Part shown: one piece after another, positions 44,367-52,649 of the stretch | Layout: every line of letters begins with the position of its first letter | Position numbering within the stretch: the first letter of the stretch is position 1 | Source of the DNA: a bacterium | Lineage (GTDB): Bacteria; Patescibacteriota; Minisyncoccia; Phycocordibacterales; UBA5272 | DNA length: 56,805 nt | Direction: 5' to 3' | Assembly (NCBI GenBank): GCA_043751115.1 | Contig: JAYVAE010000040.1 | Span: forward strand, 1-56,805 | Notes under the pieces: generated by a model | Seen by the model: only the letters and a program-made list of their open reading frames with translations | What the model was told of the DNA's origin: nothing | The model's database searches: none | Program-made: the position numbers and the translations under genes

Positions 44367-46067
44367 CTATTCGTCGCCGTAAACGTCGACAGACCGAGTT
44401 AACTCCTCAAGAGATGTAATCCCTTGAAGCACTTTCAGTATACCATCTTCTTTAAGTGTGGGTATTCCTTGTTTATCAGCCTCTTTTCGTATTTCTCTCT
44501 CGCTGGGATTACTCGCAATGAGCTTTTCTATGTCGGCACTCATAGAAATTGCTTCATAAATACCGGTGCGTCCTTTATACCCATGTGTGCAAAATTCACA
44601 ACCAACAGGTCTCCATAATGTATAGCGGAGTGCCGGTTTGAAGCCAAGCATTCCCTCATCTTTTTTATTGGTGAGCATAATGCCGAGTATAGTTGTGATA
44701 ATGCGAGACTCTTTTTCTGTCGAAGTATTACCTTCCTTACAATGCGGGCAAAGTTTTCGTACCAGTCTTTGAGCGAGCGCAAGCGTGAGTGCAGACCCTA
44801 TAACTTTAGGATTAACCTTAAGATCAAGAAGTCTGGGGATGGTGCCAGCCGCGGTATTGGTGTGTAGTGTCGAGAAGACAAGGTGACCGGTGAGAGCAGC
44901 GTTAATGGCAACTCCCGCCGTTTCTTCATCGCGGATTTCTCCCACCATGATTACATCAGGGTCCTGGCGAAGTGCGGCGCGAAGTCCAGAAAGGAAAGTA
45001 TAATTCTTTGCTTGATCTACTTGCGTCTGACTAATGCCCGATATGTGATACTCAATAGGGTCTTCAATGGTGATGACTTTGTTTTCGCTCGTGTGTACTG
45101 ACTGAACGAAAGCGTATAATGTCGTTGATTTTCCAGAGCCGGTCGGGCCGGTAGTGAGTATAATGCCATGAGGCTTAGCGAGCGCGCGCTCTATATGCTG
45201 AAAGAGCACCTCACTCATACCCATTTCTTCAAGATGAGCTATAACATTTCTCGGATCGAGTAATCTCATGACAAATCCATCGCCGTAATTCGAAGGAATC
45301 ACCGACACACGTATTTCTAAAGAAACATCTTTAAAATCAAGGGAAAATCTACCGTCCTGCGCCTCATGACTTTGTGATATTTTAAGTCCAGCAAGGAGCT
45401 TCAGCCTACTGGCTATTTGTTTACCTACTTTATCCGTGAGTACAGTGATGTCATGGAGCACGCCATCTACTCGATAACGAATTTTTGTTTGAGACTCTTC
45501 AGATTCAATATGTATATCAGACGCTCGTAGAGCAACTGCCCCGCTAAACATAGTCTCAATAAGTTTTGTCGTTCTATGTGCGGTGTCCGCAGACCTCACA
45601 ATGGCAAAAGCTTTCGCCACATCGTCGAGCGTCTTGATACTATTTGCAAGTTCTACCGTTTCTATTTTTGAAAGAGATATTTCACCAGAAGAAACTTGAT
45701 TGATCATTTTTGCTTCATCGTAGCGAGCGTACACATGCTCAAGGGATGCGTGTGATATGAGGTAAAGAACAACATTAATGCCGCGTGTCTCTAAATTTTT
45801 TAGCAGTATCTTTGTCATGTCTCCTTCGGGGGAGAGGACACCCACGTGGAGATTTTGTCCAATAATTTTAAAGGGAGCAAATGACGCTTTCCTGGCATCT
45901 TCTTTTGTCACAAAGCGCATCGCGTCTCCCTCCGGAGCGACAGAGGTTAGGTCAATGTACGGGAGTCCATGCTGGTCTGAGAGAGTTTGCATTAAGCGTT
46001 CCTCCTCTTTTTTGTGAAGGTCACCGAGTCGCTTCAGGGCATTTGTTTCTTGATCCGTTACTAACAT
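44367..46067 (-). CDS. pilB: GspE/PilB family type IV pilus / type II secretion ATPase
   Basis: Walker A TGPTGSGKSTTLYA, Asp box, Walker B DPDVIMVGEIRD, His box FSTLHTN, and a tetra-Cys motif CPHC...CEFC. Confidence 0.9.
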   Translation of the reverse strand: MLVTDQETNALKRLGDLHKKEEERLMQTLSDQHGLPYIDLTSVAPEGDAMRFVTKEDARKASFAPFKIIGQNLHVGVLSPEGDMTKILLKNLETRGINVVLYLISHASLEHVYARYDEAKMINQVSSGEISLSKIETVELANSIKTLDDVAKAFAIVRSADTAHRTTKLIETMFSGAVALRASDIHIESEESQTKIRYRVDGVLHDITVLTDKVGKQIASRLKLLAGLKISQSHEAQDGRFSLDFKDVSLEIRVSVIPSNYGDGFVMRLLDPRNVIAHLEEMGMSEVLFQHIERALAKPHGIILTTGPTGSGKSTTLYAFVQSVHTSENKVITIEDPIEYHISGISQTQVDQAKNYTFLSGLRAALRQDPDVIMVGEIRDEETAGVAINAALTGHLVFSTLHTNTAAGTIPRLLDLKVNPKVIGSALTLALAQRLVRKLCPHCKEGNTSTEKESRIITTILGIMLTNKKDEGMLGFKPALRYTLWRPVGCEFCTHGYKGRTGIYEAISMSADIEKLIASNPSEREIRKEADKQGIPTLKEDGILKVLQGITSLEELTRSVDVYGDE

Positions 46068-46278
46068 GAAGGAAGTATAACAGATAGAGGCGGGCGTTAA
46101 TGGTAATTAGTAATTTGTTAACAGTAAATAGTTCTAGTTTAGTTATAAGTTATACGTACTAAGTTCTAAGTTAGGGTTTCGTGTCCGTATTGTCATCCCT
46201 GAGCTAGCAAGCGAACGTCTTGGACGCGAATTGATCTGGGATCCAGTATTTATTTGCATTTGAAGTATTTTTCTTTTC

Positions 46279-46494
46279 AAACTTTCTCCTTGACTGAGCG
46301 TCGAGAAGCTCTGCTTCGAAGAGTTAGAAATTGACCACAATTTCTAACAAGACTAATAAGAAAACGCACCTTACTTCCCAAAAGAATAAGGAGTGTACTC
46401 ACGACTATATTCTCAAGGGTGCAGAACAACTACCAAAGGGAGTATGTGTCTGCCCCAGCTACCCGCTTCCGAGAGTCAGTCAAAGAGAAAGTTT
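46279..46494. repeat. Copy 2 (inverted orientation) of the 175/216-nt element
   Basis: Ends AAACTTTCTCCTTGACTGA (46279-46297) and TCAGTCAAAGAGAAAGTTT (46476-46494). Relative to copy 1 it carries an extra segment of about 40 nt (around 46298-46335). Confidence 0.8.
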
Positions 46495-46591
46495 CTAAGG
46501 TGGACACAGTATTCAAACAAATACCATCTTTTTTTCGAAAATAGTCCCCATTCTTGTGACTTGTGGCTTAAGTCTTTCTTCTTGTAAACCC

Positions 46592-46619
46592 TTGACAAAA
46601 TGCCACTTTCGTGTATACT
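46592..46619 (+). promoter_or_regulatory. Promoter TTGACA-N16-TATACT for the 46728 gene
   Basis: Hexamers at 46592-46597 and 46614-46619. The leader contains an 11-bp hairpin GTTTTAGATGC/GCATCTAAAAC, and an AGGAG Shine-Dalgarno sequence lies 6 nt before the ATG. Confidence 0.55.
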
Positions 46620-46727
46620 ATAAGGTAGCGTTTTAGATGCCCAAAAAGCATCTAAAACACAAAAAGTACCTTGTTTTACAAACCTACCGCGAAATCTGAC
46701 GATTTTGCTCAACCCCAGGAGATTTCC

Positions 46728-47306
46728 ATGATCGCACGTTTTACCGCTCTTTTTATTGTCGCTCTGCTGTTGTTCACGTCACCAGCCTCCGCCCAAACCT
46801 GTAACCGCATCATCGATCAGCGTACTGGTCAGGTGATCAAGGTTGAATGCTTTGACTCACACGGTCGAATCATCAACAACGGGCAAGTATTTGTCGGCGG
46901 ACAACAGTTTGCCATCAACAACGGCCAGTTTACTGGTTGTGCTTCACGCTTCTCAATCAGTATTGGAGGTCGGGATGGCCGGGTTGATTTTGGCACCTGC
47001 CTTGCAGAGATGCAGAACAATGTGTCGGTTCGTACTGTGTATACACAGCCCAACCAATCTGTGCGACAGCAAAGTCAGGCCGGCGGCGATAACTTGACGT
47101 GCAATAACTGCACGGTCAATGTCGGTACCGGCAGTAATGCTGGCGGAGCTGGTAACAGCCCTGGATCGTTTACCGTTAAGGGAGACAACTGCCCTTCCGA
47201 GATGAAGGCATACAATCGCACCCAAGACGGGCTCACTCGGCGTGTGTGCATCCGCTTCGTTCCTGGCAGCAACGCCGTCGCACAGGAGTTCGACGAGCCA
47301 AAATGA
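46728..47306 (+). CDS. GC-rich secreted Cys-containing protein, unknown family
   Basis: MIARFTALFIVALLLFTSPASA signal peptide; 192 aa; Gly/Asn/Gln-rich with 8 Cys. The upstream 19 codons in the ORF track are rejected in favour of the start backed by a Shine-Dalgarno sequence. Confidence 0.7.
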   Translation: MIARFTALFIVALLLFTSPASAQTCNRIIDQRTGQVIKVECFDSHGRIINNGQVFVGGQQFAINNGQFTGCASRFSISIGGRDGRVDFGTCLAEMQNNVSVRTVYTQPNQSVRQQSQAGGDNLTCNNCTVNVGTGSNAGGAGNSPGSFTVKGDNCPSEMKAYNRTQDGLTRRVCIRFVPGSNAVAQEFDEPK

Positions 47307-47387
47307 GGGGCTCATCCCCCTCAACAACCCCGCGCTAATACCGTGGGGCTTGTCATTTTTTATAGTAGAAATGCGGTTTGTATAGTC

Positions 47388-47416
47388 TTGACATTTTTAA
47401 TGCCATGTCTTAGTGT
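47388..47416 (+). promoter_or_regulatory. Promoter TTGACA-N17-TAGTGT for the 47530 gene
   Basis: Hexamers at 47388-47393 and 47411-47416, with the same -10 hexamer as the hfq promoter. The leader is about 110 nt. Confidence 0.5.
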
Positions 47417-47529
47417 AAGAGTGTGGCGAGCTTTGTTAACACACCGTAAAGAAAAAGCTCGTATTTGTATGAGGCTGGTTATCCCGCCACTTCTTGATTT
47501 TCAACCCCCATTTTTCAGCGGAGAGATTT

Positions 47530-47949
47530 ATGAAACTCAATGAATTCCCGAGGCCAGAAGAGCTGCGCGAAAGGTCGCACCTTGCGACCCTGGCTGCCAA
47601 GGCTGTGCAGATTTGGCACAACGCCGAAGCCGATGCTACCGAGGCCAAAAGGGTTGCTGACGTGGCAGCCGAAGCCGCGGCAACAGCGCTTGAAGAGGCT
47701 CGCGAAGCCTTTGCTCTCGTTGTCGCTCCTTTTCGGTGCGATGTTCCGCAGTCGATCTCGGCAACACCTACTGGCCAGGCAATCACCACGGTCGGAGGAG
47801 CGCCGCTGGACACCGGAACGGGGGTGCCGGAGGCGGCTACCGCCACTCCAGGGTCGCACACTTTCCACGTCCCTCCACCTGGCCCACCAGCGAACCTTCT
47901 GAAGCAGGCTCCGCTGGGGACACCGGCCAGGAACGGTGCTGGGAGGTAG
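47530..47949 (+). CDS. GC-rich Ala/Pro-rich protein, paralogous N-terminus to the 48182 gene
   Basis: MKLNEFPRPEELRERSHLATLAAKAV...; GGAGAG lies 4 nt before the ATG; 139 aa; no signal peptide or TM segment. Confidence 0.6.
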   Translation: MKLNEFPRPEELRERSHLATLAAKAVQIWHNAEADATEAKRVADVAAEAAATALEEAREAFALVVAPFRCDVPQSISATPTGQAITTVGGAPLDTGTGVPEAATATPGSHTFHVPPPGPPANLLKQAPLGTPARNGAGR

Positions 47950-47993
47950 TCCACAAGAAGGACTCCTTTGAACCTCGAAGGAGCCCTCGAAAC

Positions 47994-48027
47994 CCTCGCC
48001 AAGCGCGAGGTTTTCTTATTATTTTTT
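47994..48027 (+). terminator. Intrinsic terminator after the 47530 gene
   Basis: CCTCGC-caagc-GCGAGG followed by TTTTCTTATTATTTTTT. Confidence 0.55.
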
Positions 48028-48053
48028 ATATTAAGTCAAGACTTTGTAAAGTA

Positions 48054-48081
48054 TTGACAAAAGTATATTTTCGTGTATAAT
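48054..48081 (+). promoter_or_regulatory. Promoter TTGACA-N16-TATAAT for the 48182 gene
   Basis: Hexamers at 48054-48059 and 48076-48081. Confidence 0.55.
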
Positions 48082-48181
48082 GTTAGACATAGCGAGCTTT
48101 GTAAGTAAAAAAGCCCGTATCTGTTCGGGGTTTGGCGATTCTGCCAGCCCCATTGAGTCCCAATTTACCAAGGAGATTTTC

Positions 48182-49261
48182 ATGGACAAAGCATTTCCTT
48201 CCTCTGACGAACTCCGTCAGCGTGCGAAAGATGCTGAAGCGGCGGCGAAAGCCGTCGAAGAAGCCAACGCCGCTGATGCTCGTAGCAATACAGCATCTCA
48301 GGTAGCAGCAAATGCAGCTGCGGAGGCGGAAGCAGCAAAAGCCGCAGCACGAGCTGCCGTCGGCGTTGCTTCCCCAGCTCCACCCCCACCTCTTGCGCCT
48401 GTCCTTCCGACACTGCCTCCAGGGCAACCGCCCAACCCTCCCGTCCCTCCGTCTGCACCAGCTCTGCCTCCGAATCCTTCGGGTGGCGGTGCTCACGCAA
48501 GCGGCTGGGTGGGCTTTGCCGTAGGGGTAGCCGCCTTCCTGGTGGCACTCGTTCTCGGCGTTACCGCCATTGTCTTGCAGAACGGTAAGGCGAGTGAGGG
48601 ATTTGTTCAGGCGCTTCATGCGTCTGCGCAATCGGCAATCGCTAGCCTGCGCGGTACGGTAGACAAGGCAGTCGCTGACACGGCGACCAACACCGCAGCA
48701 ATTACTGCGGTCAAGGACGACGTCGCCAACAACGTCAAGCCCGCTGTGAAGCGCGCCCAAGACACCGCGGACACAGCCCTGTCCGCATCGGCGAGCTGTA
48801 CCACTTGCCCGAGCAATGGTTCGGCAAGCGGAACCAGTGGTGGTAGGTCTGGTGGCAACACTGGAACTCCACCGCGAAAGACCGCTGATGCAGGTCAGGT
48901 GCGTGCACCGAGTCGGCAGACCAGCACGCCCGTGGTCACAATGAACCAGGCCAAGCGAGAAATTCGCACAGACGGCAGGTGCGTCCTCGAGCTCATCGAG
49001 CCGAACGGTGCAAAGGCTTATGTCCGCTTGGACACAGCCAAGGCGAACGGCAACCTCACCGCAGCCAAGGTCGACAACAAGATAGGGGAGTGGAATCGGT
49101 CCAACTTCTTGTCTTACGTCGGCGACGGCCGTCAGACTGTCCGTCTTGATGGCAACTCAAGCTGTCAAGCCGCGATTGCGGCGCTGACCTCGTCTCGGGC
49201 ATTCCCGTGGACGAGCACCCGAATCGGTGTAAACGGTTGCACCCCCAACGGGCAAGTCTGA
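48182..49261 (+). CDS. GC-rich single-pass membrane protein: Ala-rich helix, Pro-rich spacer, TM, extracytoplasmic domain
   Basis: MDKAFPSSDELRQRAKDAEAAAKAV..., PAPPPPLAPVLPTLPPGQPPNPPVPPSAPALPPNPSGG, and a TM segment WVGFAVGVAAFLVALVLGVTAIVL. AAGGAG lies 6 nt before the ATG. 38/60 GC on line 48301-48360. Confidence 0.7.
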   Translation: MDKAFPSSDELRQRAKDAEAAAKAVEEANAADARSNTASQVAANAAAEAEAAKAAARAAVGVASPAPPPPLAPVLPTLPPGQPPNPPVPPSAPALPPNPSGGGAHASGWVGFAVGVAAFLVALVLGVTAIVLQNGKASEGFVQALHASAQSAIASLRGTVDKAVADTATNTAAITAVKDDVANNVKPAVKRAQDTADTALSASASCTTCPSNGSASGTSGGRSGGNTGTPPRKTADAGQVRAPSRQTSTPVVTMNQAKREIRTDGRCVLELIEPNGAKAYVRLDTAKANGNLTAAKVDNKIGEWNRSNFLSYVGDGRQTVRLDGNSSCQAAIAALTSSRAFPWTSTRIGVNGCTPNGQV

Positions 49262-49282
49262 ATCTCAGGCGACCCCTCTGCA

Positions 49283-49311
49283 AGAGCCCCCTCAAAAGGG
49301 CTCTTTGTTTT
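49283..49311 (+). terminator. Intrinsic terminator after the 48182 gene
   Basis: AGAGCCC-cctcaaaa-GGGCTCT followed by TTGTTTTG. Confidence 0.5.
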
Positions 49312-49313
49312 GA

Positions 49314-49342
49314 TTGACAAATGTATTATATTGTGATATAAT
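49314..49342 (+). promoter_or_regulatory. Promoter TTGACA-N17-TATAAT for the 49382 gene
   Basis: Hexamers at 49314-49319 and 49337-49342. Confidence 0.55.
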
Positions 49343-49381
49343 AGTAAAACATCACCCTATTAGTAGGTAAGTAGAAACTTT

Positions 49382-52087
49382 ATGAAAAATATTAAAAAAA
49401 TCTTCGCAATTCTTGCAATGGTTACCATTGCTTCATCTCCTGCGCTTTCTTTTGCGCAAAGTTATGATGACCTTTCTGGTACCTCATTCGGAAGCACAGG
49501 ATCAGGATATTCTTGGTCTGATTTCAATCCGAGCACGCCAGTCAATTATAATGACTATAGTGATAATAATTTTGACTCAAACACAAACAACTCTGGTTAC
49601 TCATGGACCGACTTCAATCCGTACACTCCAGTAAGCTATAGCGATCTAAATAACACTAACTTCTACGACTCCTCAACTAATTATGGAAACGTCTCTTGTG
49701 TTGGGTGTGATACAACTTCTTGGCAAAATCAGAATCCTGTATATACACCAATCACCACCTCTCCAGTTACATACACACCGATTTCAACTTCACCAATCAC
49801 CTACACTCCAATAACTACAACCCCTTGGTACACTCCTTCACCTACATATGCTCCGGTAACAACAGTTATTGACTATTACACTACTCCGAGCACCAATTGG
49901 TATACACAACCGACATGGACTGCACCGGTTTACCAGACCATTACTTGTAACAACTCTGCCGGATACTACCTTTCTGGAAATACTTGCATCAAACAATGTA
50001 CAAATGGTCAGACTGTTGTGTTTCCAAATAATTGTCCTACTCCTGGTCCAGTGGGTCCACCAACTCCCGTTCCCACCTGTAATACCGCAAATGGCTACTA
50101 TTTCTCAAACGGTCAATGTGTTAAAAATTGTCCAAACAATGTCATCGTGACTCAGCCGAATCAGTGTCCAATAGTTACTCCGCCAGTTATTTGTGACAAT
50201 GCAAATGGATACTATCTCTCAGGAAATACTTGTATCAAACAATGTACCGATGGGCAAACTGTTGTGTTCCCAAATAATTGTCCTGCACCAGCTCCAGTCT
50301 GTGATATGGTAAATGGTTATTATTATAACGGGTCAGTATGCATAAAGCAGTGCCCAAACAGAACAAGTGTTATGTACCCAAGTCAGTGTCCAGCACAACC
50401 TCCGATATCCTGTGATACTGCAAATGGTTTTTATCTACAAAATGGCTCTTGTATCAAGAGCTGTCCAAACAATGTCATCGTGACTCAACCAAACGCTTGT
50501 CCATTCATACCTCCAGTAGTTACTTGTGATAACAATAATGGTTACTATTACAATGGTTCAGTCTGTATCAAATTCTGCCAGTCTATTAACGGTTACGTTA
50601 CCTTCCCAAATAACTGCCCGAATCCAACACCCACACCGCCACCAGTACCAACTTGTGACACAATGAACGGTTTCTATTTCTCAAACGGTCAATGTGTTAA
50701 AAATTGTCCAAACAATGTCGTCGTGACTCAGCCGAATCAGTGTCCATTCATACCACCAGTAGTTACTTGTGACAATGCAAATGGCTATTACTACAACCTC
50801 ACTACTTGTGTGAAGTTCTGCCAGTCTATTAACGGTTACGTTACCTTCCCAAATAACTGCCCAACACCTCAGCCAATTCCTTATCCAGTACCGGTGCCAG
50901 TTCCAACACAGACGCAAGTTTGTTTTGATGGATCTGTTATCTCTGCGTACGCTGTATGTCCCAGCCCGTACAAAGTCTGTCCTGATGGAAACCTCGTCAG
51001 TAGAAATGGTTATTGTCCAGTTATTCAAGCACCAATAGTAATACCTCCTCCAGCTATCAACAGTGTGATCACAAGTATTCCTACACAAATAGCAAATACA
51101 AGTGCGCGCTGTAACGGTATTGGTCTCATTCCAAATAATACGCCAAGTGTCGCATGGTTTGAGTATGGAACCAATCCTACGCTCGGACTTAAAACCGCAA
51201 TCGCCAATATCGGATCAGCGAACATAAGTCCGTTTACTAACCTCCTCACCAACCTAAAGCCAAGCACAGAATATTTTTGTAGGGCGGTTATGGCTAATGA
51301 GAGGGGAACAGTAAGAGGAGAGGTTGTCAGTTTCACCACCAAGAAAACCGCTGTTTACTACCCAGTAGCTACGAAGACCGTGGTGACAAAAAAGACAAAA
51401 GCGGTGAAAGTGGTAATTCCTGTCAAGAAAGAAATCATCTGTTCTGATGGAAGTATTATCGAGGGAGCCGGTGAAGCAAATGGAAAGGATGGCATCTCTA
51501 TGCTTGAAATGGGACAAAAAGCATTATCACTTAGTTTTGTTAAAACAAAGGGAGATGTTTCTCCAAACTCACTTGTTTCATACTTCGTAACATTTAAAAA
51601 TGACAGTATCTCAAATCTCGTGAACACGAAACTCACCGTTCTTCTTCCAGAAGAAATGACACTCCTTAAAGCAAGTCTTGGTTCTTATGATCCAAGAACT
51701 CGCGAGCTAACTCTGGCATATCCAGTCATGACTCCTGGCCAAAGTGGTTCACTTGAGCTTGAAATTGGTGTTGCAAAGGATGCTCTTATCGGTAAATCTG
51801 TTGCGGTGCAAGCAATCGTCTCCTATACGCTCCCTCCAAAGACAGCAAGTGGAAAAGCTCTCACTGATGAAGTGATAGCGTACGCAGTCTCAACCATCGT
51901 CTCCACACCACTTTCTGCTGTGCCAGCTCCCGTTAAAGAAGAGATTAAGAAAAGTGAAAGTAGTAAGAATTCTTTCCTTCCGAATACTGTTGTAGAATGG
52001 GTTGTACTCTTTGCAATATTACTCATTATCATCGTGCTCGTTCGAAGTATTAGAGAGTCCTACAAAGGAAAAGAAACGCATCACTAA
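49382..52087 (+). CDS. Large repetitive surface protein (4-Cys modules, Fn3-like and DUF11-like domains, C-terminal LPxT-like anchor)
   Basis: Signal peptide ...SFAQS. Eight modules of the form C-x4-G-[YF]-Y-x4/5-C-x3-C-x10-12-C-P. An AWFEYGTNP...STEYFCRAV Fn3-like domain. The DUF11-like motif VSYFVTFKNDSISNLVNTKLTVLLPEEMTLLKAS. The C-terminus has LPNTV, a TM segment and a basic tail. Confidence 0.8.
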   Translation: MKNIKKIFAILAMVTIASSPALSFAQSYDDLSGTSFGSTGSGYSWSDFNPSTPVNYNDYSDNNFDSNTNNSGYSWTDFNPYTPVSYSDLNNTNFYDSSTNYGNVSCVGCDTTSWQNQNPVYTPITTSPVTYTPISTSPITYTPITTTPWYTPSPTYAPVTTVIDYYTTPSTNWYTQPTWTAPVYQTITCNNSAGYYLSGNTCIKQCTNGQTVVFPNNCPTPGPVGPPTPVPTCNTANGYYFSNGQCVKNCPNNVIVTQPNQCPIVTPPVICDNANGYYLSGNTCIKQCTDGQTVVFPNNCPAPAPVCDMVNGYYYNGSVCIKQCPNRTSVMYPSQCPAQPPISCDTANGFYLQNGSCIKSCPNNVIVTQPNACPFIPPVVTCDNNNGYYYNGSVCIKFCQSINGYVTFPNNCPNPTPTPPPVPTCDTMNGFYFSNGQCVKNCPNNVVVTQPNQCPFIPPVVTCDNANGYYYNLTTCVKFCQSINGYVTFPNNCPTPQPIPYPVPVPVPTQTQVCFDGSVISAYAVCPSPYKVCPDGNLVSRNGYCPVIQAPIVIPPPAINSVITSIPTQIANTSARCNGIGLIPNNTPSVAWFEYGTNPTLGLKTAIANIGSANISPFTNLLTNLKPSTEYFCRAVMANERGTVRGEVVSFTTKKTAVYYPVATKTVVTKKTKAVKVVIPVKKEIICSDGSIIEGAGEANGKDGISMLEMGQKALSLSFVKTKGDVSPNSLVSYFVTFKNDSISNLVNTKLTVLLPEEMTLLKASLGSYDPRTRELTLAYPVMTPGQSGSLELEIGVAKDALIGKSVAVQAIVSYTLPPKTASGKALTDEVIAYAVSTIVSTPLSAVPAPVKEEIKKSESSKNSFLPNTVVEWVVLFAILLIIIVLVRSIRESYKGKETHH
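49946..50863 (+). repeat. Intragenic tandem array encoding eight ~37-45-aa cysteine modules
   Basis: DNA-level near-identity between modules. For example, 50098-50170 vs 50674-50746 (73 nt, 1 mismatch), and the stretch TTCTGCCAGTCTATTAACGGTTACGTTACCTTCCCAAATAACTGCCC occurs twice (around 50575 and around 50816). Confidence 0.85.
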
Positions 52088-52130
52088 TTGCCTTATGTGA
52101 TCGGTCGCCAAGGATATCCTTGATGAATAC

Positions 52131-52156
52131 AAAAACCCGCCGTGAGGCGGGTTTTT
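52131..52156 (+). terminator. Intrinsic terminator after the surface protein gene
   Basis: AAAAACCCGCC-gtga-GGCGGGTTTTT. Confidence 0.75.
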
Positions 52157-52186
52157 GCTTGCTTCATCTATGTTAGAATAGAAGTC

Positions 52187-52633
52187 ATGGAAAAGACTGT
52201 AGAGGTAACAAGGGGAAGGCTAGAGAAGCTCGCAGAGATGGTGCTCAAAAGTTTGGTGCCTCTCTCAGAAAAGAAAGCTGTGTTTATCGCACTGCACGGA
52301 GATCTCGGCTCAGGGAAAACTTCTTTTGTGAAAGAGGTGGCAAAGATATTAGAGATAAAAGAAGATGTGATTAGCCCAACATTCATACTCAAAAAAGAAT
52401 ATGAGGTGAAGCTTCTTGAGGTGGAAAAACTTATTCATGTTGATGCCTATCGGCTTATGTCTCCGAAAGAGGGGAGAGTATTACTCCTTGATGAAGATGA
52501 CAAACCCAAGAGAATTATTTTTATTGAGTGGCCAGAACATATTGAAAAAAGGAAGTGGGATGCGGAATTACATTTTACCTATGTAAGCGAAGAAATAAGG
52601 AGAGTAAGCGTTAAGGTTAGGCAAAATTCATGA
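52187..52633 (+). CDS. tsaE: tRNA t6A37 biosynthesis ATPase TsaE
   Basis: LHGDLGSGKTSFVKEVAK P-loop, SPTF, and HVDAYRL. The ATG at 52187 is preferred, because the GTG at 52142 lies inside the terminator hairpin. Confidence 0.82.
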   Translation: MEKTVEVTRGRLEKLAEMVLKSLVPLSEKKAVFIALHGDLGSGKTSFVKEVAKILEIKEDVISPTFILKKEYEVKLLEVEKLIHVDAYRLMSPKEGRVLLLDEDDKPKRIIFIEWPEHIEKRKWDAELHFTYVSEEIRRVSVKVRQNS

Positions 52634-52649
52634 CAATTCATGAAAATGT

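Noticed and set aside
46829-49295. Many overlapping ORFs on both strands in the GC-rich block: 46829..47053, 46843..47097, 46953..47327, 47075..47272, 47436..48002, 47515..47868, 47540..47902, 47736..48080, 48083..48760, 48180..48548, 48312..48524, 48616..48861 and 49056..49295.
   Set aside because: They are Arg/Pro/Cys-rich shadow frames of the three genes that have a promoter, leader and Shine-Dalgarno sequence. None has its own initiation signals.
46592-52087. A diversity-generating retroelement as the explanation for the GC-rich or repetitive surface-protein genes.
   Set aside because: No reverse transcriptase gene is present, and no template/variable repeat pair with adenine-specific differences is visible in the window.
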